A stretch of 64,000 nt of DNA, from assembly GCA_019057815.1 (NCBI GenBank), contig JAHLWR010000001.1:128001-192000 (forward strand), given 5' to 3'. Shown here piece after piece: positions 49,091 to 57,844 of this stretch. Made by a program: the position numbers and the translations under genes. Within the stretch, counting starts at the first letter, position 1, and each line of letters opens with the position of its first letter. Under the pieces are notes generated by a model. That model was not told the origin of the DNA, made no database searches, and saw nothing but the letters and a program-made list of their open reading frames with translations. Source of the stretch: Candidatus Heimdallarchaeota archaeon. GTDB lineage: Archaea > Asgardarchaeota > Heimdallarchaeia > Heimdallarchaeales > Heimdallarchaeaceae.

Positions 49091-50659
49091 ATGAAGAAAA
49101 TTTCAAACTATTCAATAAGAACAACAATAGGATTAATAGTAACAGCAGTGTTGATACTGAATCTTGGTCAAGGAATAACTAAAGGAATACAAACAATAGA
49201 AAAAAGTGAAAAGGATCTGTTACTGTCCTCATTAATCCCACATGACTTTATAACTATTATTTCTGATAGTGGTTTTTTGGCTTATCTCGGTTCAGGAACT
49301 GTTGAGGACCCTTATGTTATTGAAGGATTTAATATTACAACAACTTATGACACTGGTATTTATATTAGTGATACAACGAAATATTTCATTATTCGTAACT
49401 GTTATGTTGACGCAGAAGGTTATGGCATTTATATCAGTAGTGTAGCAGATGGAACAGCAACTATTGCTAACAACACTTGCAACAATAACCTCTATATAGG
49501 CATCACGCTTGGAGGTTCTGGTAGTTCTACAGTTATCAATAACACTTGCAGAAATAACAACTATGGCATCTATCTTTCGAATTCTGATAGTTCTACAGTT
49601 ATCAATAACACTTGTAGCAACAATAATGAATATGGCATCTATCTTGACTATTCTGGTTCTTCTACGGTTGTAAACAACACTTGCAACAATATCGACTTTA
49701 GTATCTATCTTAGGTATTCTAGTAGTTCTACTGTAGCTAACAACACTTGTAGCAACAATAACGTCTATGGCATCTTTCTTAGGTATTCTGATGATTCTAC
49801 TGTTGCTAACAACATGTGCAACAACAACAACTACATAGGTATCTTTCTTGAGGATTCTGGTTCTTCTACTGTTGTTAACAACACTTGTAGCAATAACAAC
49901 TATGGCATCTTTCTTAGTGGTTCTGATAGTTTGACTGTTGTAGACAACACTTTTACTAACTGTGGTTTATATACAATCGGAGGATCCATTGATACTTACC
50001 TATCACATACTGTCGAGAACAATTGGGTGAACGGAAAAAAATTAGGTTACTACACTAATCTTGAATCTACGATAATTGGTGAACCAGTTTATGGGCAATT
50101 AATATTAGTCAATTGTACTAATGTTACAGTACGTGACCAAATATTGAATAAGGCTTCAGTTGGTCTATCTCTCCACTACTGCACATATTCAATTATCAAT
50201 AATAACACTTGCAGCAATAACTACTACAGAGGTATCTATCTTGGCACTTCTACTTTTTTTGTCGTTACTTATAATCTTCTACAAGAAAATGGAGGTTATG
50301 GAATATATTTAGTCTTTTCTGATAATAATCTTATTCATCATAATAACTTTGTAGACAATAATCTAGGAGAAACTTCACAAGCGTATGATAGTGAACCAAC
50401 TAATACTTGGTATGATACTGAAACACTTGAAGGTAACTATTGGTCAGACTGGTCAGGAACAGGTAATTATACAATTGATGGCTCTGCAGATTCAATCGAT
50501 TTATACCCATTCGATGAACCTGTTGGATCTACTACAACTGAACACACTTCAGTTGAATCTACTACAGATGAAAATCCATTAAGTTTTACATTTACTCTCC
50601 TAATGGTAGTAGTTACCTTAATGCTTACAAGAATAATCTCAAAAAAAGCAAAGAAATAA
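49091..50659 (+). CDS. NosD/CASH beta-helix surface protein with C-terminal TM anchor
   Basis: Signal peptide, GSGTVEDPYVIEG, NNTC repeats, GNYWSDW, Thr-rich linker, TM plus KKAKK. Confidence 0.9.
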   Translation: MKKISNYSIRTTIGLIVTAVLILNLGQGITKGIQTIEKSEKDLLLSSLIPHDFITIISDSGFLAYLGSGTVEDPYVIEGFNITTTYDTGIYISDTTKYFIIRNCYVDAEGYGIYISSVADGTATIANNTCNNNLYIGITLGGSGSSTVINNTCRNNNYGIYLSNSDSSTVINNTCSNNNEYGIYLDYSGSSTVVNNTCNNIDFSIYLRYSSSSTVANNTCSNNNVYGIFLRYSDDSTVANNMCNNNNYIGIFLEDSGSSTVVNNTCSNNNYGIFLSGSDSLTVVDNTFTNCGLYTIGGSIDTYLSHTVENNWVNGKKLGYYTNLESTIIGEPVYGQLILVNCTNVTVRDQILNKASVGLSLHYCTYSIINNNTCSNNYYRGIYLGTSTFFVVTYNLLQENGGYGIYLVFSDNNLIHHNNFVDNNLGETSQAYDSEPTNTWYDTETLEGNYWSDWSGTGNYTIDGSADSIDLYPFDEPVGSTTTEHTSVESTTDENPLSFTFTLLMVVVTLMLTRIISKKAKK

Positions 50660-50876
50660 TATAACAGTTGCCAGAAACAGCATGGAAACGAAGTAATAAC
50701 AGGAACAAAACCTTCAACACTTCCTTTTTTTGATTTTTTAAAGATAGAGAGATATTGGTCGTGTTAGGATACCCTATAATCTTTTGGGGACAAAATTGTT
50801 GTAGCATTGTTTTAACACTAATCTATTTGGAATGGAAAAGAGGGGGAAAAAGAAGAAAAAAAACTTTCATTTATAA

Positions 50877-52766
50877 TTATAGTTTTGTTGTTTTCTTCCT
50901 CATTCTAACGCTACTCCTTAATGAAACTATACAAGCGAGGATAATAACACTCACGATAAATACTGAGGATAAAGGAGTTGAAGCAGTAGGGATGTCAGTT
51001 AGAGGATGACGATCGGTAGAGTTAGCTATTCCATCAATCAGGTAATCTCCTTTTTCATAGTCTGACCAGTAGTTGCCTTTGCGTTTAAGATACCAGCTAT
51101 TGTCCACTCCGGCATCATAAGCTTGACTAGTACCTTCAGGGTTGTTGTTGATGAAAGCATTGTGGTGAATAAGATTATTAGAGGATGCAGCGTAGAGGTA
51201 GACTCCATATTGCTCATTTTCTTCAAAGAGATTATAAGTGAGAATATTAGAGTCAGAATCCCTCAGAAGAATTCCGTAGTTGTTATTTTTGTAAGAGTTG
51301 TTAGTAAGTGTGGTAGAAAGAGTATGGTCTAGATAAGTCCCCCAGACATTTTCAGCAAAGAGAGAGTTTTCGACTCTGCAAGATTCACTATAAGCTAAGA
51401 ATATCCCAGTAGTAACATCAGTGAAGTTTTGATTACTCACAGTTATATTCTTACACTTAATAAAAAAGAGCTGACCATAGACTGAGGCGTTAAACGAACG
51501 ATCATTAAGTTCAGTAAAGTAACCTACAAGGCGATCATTGACCCAGTTACTGTCTTTAGTAAATCTTTGAGAAAGATAACCTTGCCATGAATTATCCCAG
51601 ACAGCTATCCCTCCTTTGATCAAGGTATTATTGGTAAGGGTTGTAGACCCACTGTTATAAATAACAATACTTCGATTGTTATTATAAAAACTATTATTAA
51701 CAACGGGGATAACACCCGAATTATCCAAAACAAGTCCTTGGTCATTATCGTTACATGTGTTGTTAGTTACAGTTGAATAACTTGATTGTAGTAGATAGAT
51801 TCCCTTATTGTTTTTATAACAGCGATTGTTGGATAAAATTGAATGATCAGCGTCTTCTAACCATATTCCTAAGTTATTATTAGCACAATAGTTATTTCTG
51901 AGTATAACATTCCCCGGTTGAGTAAGAGCGGGATTCTGTGAATCATATACAATGAGAATGGCACGTTCGTTAAAATTGCAAGTGTTATCAGTTAAAAGAA
52001 CTGAACGTGAATATATCACCTTAATACCGTCTTTATTGTTTGTACATGTGTTATTATTTATTGTTGAAAAGGGAGAATAACGCAATAGTACACTATAAGT
52101 GTTCTTATAGCAAGTATTGTTAGTTATTGTCAAAAAGGGAGATTCACTGGTGTATATCCCATACTCACTTTTAGTTATCTCATTATCTGAAATAACTGAA
52201 GAATCAGAATAAGTCAATTTAATACCTTCAGATTTATTATCAATACACTTATTATTAGAGATTAATGTAAAGGGGGATCTGTCTACCAATATACCCATTT
52301 CATTGTTCAAACAAGTATTATTGGAAATTATAGAAAAACTTGTACGCGATAGCACGATTCCCATTGGGGTGTTGATACAAGTGTTATTGACAATACTAGC
52401 AGTTCCATCAGCAACACTACTAATAGTTATCCCGTTATTTCCAGCCTCAACGTGACAATTACGGATGATGAAAAATTTAGTTGTAAAGGAAATACCTATT
52501 CCTAGATTCTGGACAGTTGTAATATTTAATCCTTCAATAATATAGGGGTTATCAGCTGTTCCATTTCCCTGGAAACCATAAGTTACAAAATCTTCATCAG
52601 AATTAATAGAGATAGGAGAGTGTGGAATTAAAGAATACCTCCCAACCGATGTTTCACTCTGTTCTATATCTGAACTTACAAAGAAGACTATATTTGTAAC
52701 TATAAGCATTGATAAAATGACTAATGTTCCTATTTTCTTGACTATTTTCTCCTTTTTTCTGTTCAT
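50877..52766 (-). CDS. NosD/CASH beta-helix surface protein with C-terminal TM anchor
   Basis: GNGTADNPYIIEG, NNTC repeats, GNYWSDY, TM plus basic tail. Confidence 0.9.
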   Translation of the reverse strand: MNRKKEKIVKKIGTLVILSMLIVTNIVFFVSSDIEQSETSVGRYSLIPHSPISINSDEDFVTYGFQGNGTADNPYIIEGLNITTVQNLGIGISFTTKFFIIRNCHVEAGNNGITISSVADGTASIVNNTCINTPMGIVLSRTSFSIISNNTCLNNEMGILVDRSPFTLISNNKCIDNKSEGIKLTYSDSSVISDNEITKSEYGIYTSESPFLTITNNTCYKNTYSVLLRYSPFSTINNNTCTNNKDGIKVIYSRSVLLTDNTCNFNERAILIVYDSQNPALTQPGNVILRNNYCANNNLGIWLEDADHSILSNNRCYKNNKGIYLLQSSYSTVTNNTCNDNDQGLVLDNSGVIPVVNNSFYNNNRSIVIYNSGSTTLTNNTLIKGGIAVWDNSWQGYLSQRFTKDSNWVNDRLVGYFTELNDRSFNASVYGQLFFIKCKNITVSNQNFTDVTTGIFLAYSESCRVENSLFAENVWGTYLDHTLSTTLTNNSYKNNNYGILLRDSDSNILTYNLFEENEQYGVYLYAASSNNLIHHNAFINNNPEGTSQAYDAGVDNSWYLKRKGNYWSDYEKGDYLIDGIANSTDRHPLTDIPTASTPLSSVFIVSVIILACIVSLRSSVRMRKKTTKL

Positions 52767-52913
52767 TTGAATTCCTCACAGTTTTCGATTAAACTTTGAT
52801 GCAAAAATTCTATTCTTGCGACCCAACTTCTATCTATTTGATAATTGCATGGACATTTTTTAGTTTTATTGTGTGAAACAGATTTTATTTCATCTGAACC
52901 CAAAGTCATTTTT

Positions 52914-54962
52914 TCACCCATTAATAAAGTAATTTTGATTGTCACCATCGTATTCACAAGGCATAAGGTGTTCCCACCCATGAATGTTAATATAAGTAAT
53001 ACTTATACCCGGGCTTTTTACAATAAGATACCCATATACTTCTGCTAGCTCCTCAAAGCGTGTAATATTTTCAAAGAACCAGATATATTTGCTCTGATTA
53101 ACATCAAGAAGACGGTAATAATATATTCCGCTAGTATTATTTAGAGCGGAAGTTGAGCCATTATATCTGTAACCATTTTCCAATGAATATTCTTCTGGCC
53201 TATTTAGATAAAAATCACTTTGCTTCCATCCATAGTATGATGTCCCATTAATTGTATAAGTATAAATTCTCTCGTAAGGAGGATTGGTATTATAAAAATA
53301 AGAATAGTCTATAAGGAAACTATCTTGATTATTATACATATACTGTATTGCTTCCTTGAAGAGCGTTTCCATAGCAATAGTTGGACTTGCATGGGTGGTG
53401 TGAGTAAGGAATAACTTATCTTTCCATATCTCTGTTACAAGGGTTTTTTGGAAAGGGTAAATAACTACTCCTTCAGCTCCACACCCCGTAGCAACGTAAA
53501 TAGAACTTTTTCTTGGATTATCCATTAGTATTTCTCCTAGTTTTCCTCCATGGCAAGCATGTGTATAAACGAAAATTTTATTGCACTGACTATTTTCTAT
53601 AATATATGATATCTCTGTACCATTTATTATGTCTGGTTCTGAAGGGTGGTAAGAGTTTAAGAGTGAGAGCTCAAAGTTATTACTTTTATTACTTCCATGT
53701 GATATAAGACATATAAAAACCTCGTCATTTGCATCTGCTTTGTTCCAGAGTACATCTTCAAGTGTATTAACTGTATTAACATAAGTTGCAGCACTACAAG
53801 ATAAATTGTTAATATATGTAGTGCTTTCATCTGTTTCTGAAAAATAAGGTAAATACTCAATTTTATTAGTATCGTTAAAAATGGAATCATCAGGACTTTC
53901 ATCTGTTAGAATCTTAAAATTCTCATCAGGTATTCCAAAAGCTTCACGGAAACAGCCATACCATTCAAGAATACGTAAATGTTTATCACTGAAATCAATA
54001 CCTTCATCTTTTTCACCATCTGAATCAAAATCATTTATCCCTAAAAGAATCACATACCTATCCATTGTATCTTGCATAGTGAAATTCATGCATAAGATCC
54101 CTCCTGTTTCAACTTCTACAGGCTGCACTTCGATTGTGAAATTCGGATGAAATGCTCTCAACTCATAATTATGGATTGGGTAGTAGTGGAAATTCCATCC
54201 CAGATAGTACCCATCTTCATTTGTTCTTCTACTATCTTTTAATTTGTCAGTATTTTCCCAACACTCTACAGTTGCGTTTCCTAGAGCATTAGAATTATAT
54301 TTCACAAAACCCTCTATTCTAAGGAGAAAATATTCATACTCCAAGTCAAAATCACAATTGAAATAACCTGGAGATGTAGGACCATCAGCAGTTTTTGTTT
54401 GGTAATCTTGTTTTGATACGCTTAAATTATAAGTATGTGGACCAGCATCATCACCATAGTTAAAAGCGTATTGTCCTGTAACATTGGTGTTGCGATAAGT
54501 TACCATATTACCATCTCTTAAAAACTCAACTCTGGCATTCAGTAAGTGATTAGAATTCTCATCCGTTACAGTTCCATAGATGTAATACTGGTTTTCTCCT
54601 GGAGAGCTTAAAGTGAAATTATAGAACTCAGCTACACGTCTAGGCACTGGACCTACTCCACCTGTTGGTTCAAACCCATATTTAGAGACTTGAAAGGTAT
54701 AAATATAAAAACGCTCAATATTATAGGTAAAATTATATTGCCCTTCTTCATCTGTATATCTTACCTTTACCACATTACCATCCCTTAGGAATTCAACTCT
54801 AGCTCCTTCTGATGGATTATTTGGCTCCTCAAAGACATATCCTTTAATAAGATGTGTATCAGCTCTCACTTCTACACATTGATTCATGAAAACGCTTTCG
54901 ATAATTATTGACATTATAAACATACACAATATCATAGATTTTATTGTTCTTACTTTTCCCAT
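52914..54962 (-). CDS. Secreted protein with three carboxypeptidase-regulatory-like beta-sandwich domains and a caspase-fold (clan CD, C13/C14-like) peptidase
   Basis: Signal peptide; three G-x-V...A-x-VE...T-x-x-x-G-x-Y repeats; RYVILLGIND, LISHG, THACHGG. Confidence 0.75.
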   Translation of the reverse strand: MGKVRTIKSMILCMFIMSIIIESVFMNQCVEVRADTHLIKGYVFEEPNNPSEGARVEFLRDGNVVKVRYTDEEGQYNFTYNIERFYIYTFQVSKYGFEPTGGVGPVPRRVAEFYNFTLSSPGENQYYIYGTVTDENSNHLLNARVEFLRDGNMVTYRNTNVTGQYAFNYGDDAGPHTYNLSVSKQDYQTKTADGPTSPGYFNCDFDLEYEYFLLRIEGFVKYNSNALGNATVECWENTDKLKDSRRTNEDGYYLGWNFHYYPIHNYELRAFHPNFTIEVQPVEVETGGILCMNFTMQDTMDRYVILLGINDFDSDGEKDEGIDFSDKHLRILEWYGCFREAFGIPDENFKILTDESPDDSIFNDTNKIEYLPYFSETDESTTYINNLSCSAATYVNTVNTLEDVLWNKADANDEVFICLISHGSNKSNNFELSLLNSYHPSEPDIINGTEISYIIENSQCNKIFVYTHACHGGKLGEILMDNPRKSSIYVATGCGAEGVVIYPFQKTLVTEIWKDKLFLTHTTHASPTIAMETLFKEAIQYMYNNQDSFLIDYSYFYNTNPPYERIYTYTINGTSYYGWKQSDFYLNRPEEYSLENGYRYNGSTSALNNTSGIYYYRLLDVNQSKYIWFFENITRFEELAEVYGYLIVKSPGISITYINIHGWEHLMPCEYDGDNQNYFING

Positions 54963-55494
54963 TAAGATTAGCTCCTTTTTTGCTTTCAACCCTTTGGGTA
55001 TTGTTCTTTAGGTTAACTCAAATGTTTAAGAAAACATATATCTATTTAAGTAATTCTGTCTAGATTTTCATATCTTCCCAAGAGTTATTAATCATTGATT
55101 ATTTCATTAAATACTATATAAACCAAAAGAAAAAAAGATGAAACTATAATCAATTTTCAATAAATAAATAGTTAAAAAAGTTAAAGTACTAAAGCATTTG
55201 GAAGATAAGAACTATGATAAAAGTGGGTTGATCAACAGAATCAAACAGAAAATCCATTTTATTGGCGGAGTTATGGAATATAATTCGAAAGGGATCGAAG
55301 AGCTAAATGTTATCAATCAGGTAATAGAACAAGGAAAAGTTAAAAAACAATGGTTAAAAATCGAAAAACTGATGAATGACACAAATATGAAACTGAAAAA
55401 AATATGATAATTTGAAAGAAAAAAAAACAAAAACTGCAATTTAACTGTAATCTAAGAACAACGGTTTATAAATGATTAATTAATATGCTTCACG

Positions 55495-55635
55495 TTGACA
55501 TTTTAGACAATGTCAAAAAGATGTGATAGAGTCATAAAGTAAGAAATGACTCTATTACATTACCCAAATTTCGGACGTTTGAGTGAATGATAATTGATAG
55601 TCTTTACTTTTAATCTTTTCCTTCTTTCAACACTT
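55495..55635 (+). ncRNA. Candidate structured small RNA (three hairpins)
   Basis: TTTATAAA at 55465-55472; stems 55495-55516, 55521-55560, about 55561-55585; T-rich tail 55601-55638. Confidence 0.35.
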
Positions 55636-55637
55636 TT

Positions 55638-55964
55638 TTACCACTCATAACTGTAAATTTTAGTTTTTTTTTCTCTTTTTTGAAATTTCTGAGATTCTAA
55701 TATTGTCGTTATTTCGATTATTTTGTATGCTATTTGTTCACCAATTGAAGTTAAATATATATACCTGCTTCCGCGTATTATCTTCTGCTCGCTTTTAATC
55801 AGTTCTAAATCCTCTAAAACGTTAATAGCTGAATAGACTGATTTCTGACCACCAATAACGGAATTAATTAATGTTGAGATATTCGCCTTTCCTCCCAATT
55901 CTAGCAATGTTTCTAATACTTGCAAAGCTGATTTTTGCTCCAAACCCATTAAATACCTTGACAT
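55638..55964 (-). CDS. Winged-helix transcriptional regulator
   Basis: LQVLETLLELGG..ISTL..SVYSAINVLEDLELI..RYIYLTSIG. Confidence 0.8.
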   Translation of the reverse strand: MSRYLMGLEQKSALQVLETLLELGGKANISTLINSVIGGQKSVYSAINVLEDLELIKSEQKIIRGSRYIYLTSIGEQIAYKIIEITTILESQKFQKREKKTKIYSYEW

Positions 55965-56107
55965 AATTAATTTTTTAAGGAGATATAGTATATATTTTTT
56001 TCGACAGTTAGAGTGTTGAAGCTATTAACAACAGATGCTATTTAATATAATGAAGAATAAGTTTAAACAGCTAATTAATACTTAAAGCAGTACGGTTGCG
56101 GGTAATG

Positions 56108-56185
56108 TTTTTATATTCGTTCAAATAAAGTAATATGGGTACATGAAAAAAGATCTGAAGAAAATAAATCAGTGATTTTTTCATG
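56108..56185 (+). promoter_or_regulatory. Putative TATA box and 5'-leader inverted repeat upstream of the MinD/ParA operon
   Basis: TTTTTATAT at 56108-56116; CATGAAAAAA (56142-56151) pairs with TTTTTTCATG (56176-56185). Confidence 0.4.
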
Positions 56186-56225
56186 CTTTTTGACATGAAG
56201 TTTAGTGTCTAGGAGTCATAACTAG

Positions 56226-57116
56226 TTGATTCTGCAAAAGTTGTCATGTAGACAAAGAATAGATGTGATTATGCTTCACAGTCAGAAAGGAGGACCTGGT
56301 AAGACCACTCTATCGTGTAATATAGCGCACGAGTTAGCTAAGAGAGGGAAGAAAACTGTTATTATCGATCTTGATGTAGCTCAACCTACTTTACAACATA
56401 TTTTCAATATTCCTAAAAAGGACATTAAAATCACTATTAATGACATTCTCTTAGGTAATGGTATCCTCTCTGAAAACAATATCTCTTCTACTTCCGTCCC
56501 TAACCTTTCCATTATCACTGCAAGCGAAAAAATAGTATATGGCGAAGGATTACTTTCTTTGTTGAAAAGTATCCATGAACATTCATATTTCATACTGCAT
56601 GAAATGATGAGAATATTACAGAGAATGAGTTATCAATATGTAGTTCTAGATTGTGCGCCAGGATACCGAATAGAATCTGTCCACGCTGCAACTATAGCTG
56701 ACGCTAGAATATTTGTCATTCGTCCTTCCACATTCAGTTTTGAAGGAGCTAAAGAAATGCTTCAAGACATCTACAAGAAACTCTCTTATCAATCACTGAA
56801 TTTCTTCGTTTTCAACCAGATACCACCAGAACTTAAAGTTAAGAGTCTCAAAATCTTGCACAAATGGAAAGAAGAACTGGAGAGAGAAACTGGAATAGAT
56901 CCCATTTTTCTCGGTTTCTTCAACCTTTCTTATGATATTATAGAGAACTGCATCCATGGAGAGTATTTCTTCCCCCGAAAGCATTCTTTGTATAATCAAC
57001 TTTCTTGTATGGTCGACAATGTTACACAAAATATTGATCTATTGAAAACACAAGATGAGATAGGAGCAGGTTCTAAAAAACGTATAGCTCTTGAAACTGC
57101 TACTAATGGAGAGTGA
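56226..57116 (+). CDS. MinD/ParA-family ATPase
   Basis: Deviant Walker A HSQKGGPGKTT, IIDLD, LDCAPG, FNQ. Confidence 0.9.
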   Translation: MILQKLSCRQRIDVIMLHSQKGGPGKTTLSCNIAHELAKRGKKTVIIDLDVAQPTLQHIFNIPKKDIKITINDILLGNGILSENNISSTSVPNLSIITASEKIVYGEGLLSLLKSIHEHSYFILHEMMRILQRMSYQYVVLDCAPGYRIESVHAATIADARIFVIRPSTFSFEGAKEMLQDIYKKLSYQSLNFFVFNQIPPELKVKSLKILHKWKEELERETGIDPIFLGFFNLSYDIIENCIHGEYFFPRKHSLYNQLSCMVDNVTQNIDLLKTQDEIGAGSKKRIALETATNGE

Positions 57117-57840
57117 GAAAATGGTTTTGGAGCTTTTTTACACGAATACTGAGGATTTTTTGGAAGAAAATAATTTTACCACCTTTATATACGAAATGTT
57201 TTATTCTACTAGTAATTATCACGAAGGTTCCGTCATACTAACTTACTACAAACGAAGAAGTATGACAACAATGAAAACTCAAAACAAAATTGTTTCAAAA
57301 CAGTTTGATGGCTATTTTTACAATTATTTAAGAACACATTTTCACCTTTATTTTTTTGGTAATTTTACGCTTACACAGTTCTCATTAACTGTGTATTTTT
57401 GGGGAGAGCAAGAAAATTGTAGTGACGGAACCATTGTTTTTTACAATTTCTTCTCTTCCCACTATTCCCCCAATGGTTACATGCAACTTGAAAAGGGAAA
57501 AGAGTGCAAGGAGACGCATAGGTTTGGGAAAAAAGATAGGTTATTAGAAAATAAAAACCTTCCTTCATTCTCCCTAAATCTTCTGTTATGTGAAACAGAA
57601 GAAAAGAAGGTTAATGCTTTCTTTTCTCTTAATGTATGTCATGAAGGGAGTATATTTCTCGATCGATTATTGATTCAAGGAGTGAAGAGGGGATTAGTGA
57701 GTAAGGAAAGACTGGTTTGGAAAGAAGATGGTCAAATAATAGAATTCCTCTTTCCCTACTCCTCCCTAAATCTTTATTCTAGCCTTTTTTTGAACTATAA
57801 TACAGCATTAAATGGAGTAAAAATTAAACTATGGAAGTGA
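57106..57840 (+). CDS. Hypothetical protein
   Basis: Overlaps the ATPase stop and ends 4 nt before the next gene; start uncertain (57091/57106/57121). Confidence 0.65.
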   Translation: MESEKMVLELFYTNTEDFLEENNFTTFIYEMFYSTSNYHEGSVILTYYKRRSMTTMKTQNKIVSKQFDGYFYNYLRTHFHLYFFGNFTLTQFSLTVYFWGEQENCSDGTIVFYNFFSSHYSPNGYMQLEKGKECKETHRFGKKDRLLENKNLPSFSLNLLLCETEEKKVNAFFSLNVCHEGSIFLDRLLIQGVKRGLVSKERLVWKEDGQIIEFLFPYSSLNLYSSLFLNYNTALNGVKIKLWK

Positions 57841-57844
57841 AATA

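Noticed and set aside
43018-50659. AAC-rich repeats as a DGR template/variable region or a CRISPR array
   Set aside because: They are in-frame Asn-ladder coding repeats; differences are not adenine-specific; no reverse transcriptase, cas genes or unique spacers
55198-55407. 69-aa ORF
   Set aside because: TTG start, A-rich low complexity, no motifs; may be a relic but unsupported
56226-57116. Plasmid/prophage partition system
   Set aside because: No ParB, parS array or replication gene nearby; sequence is MinD-like
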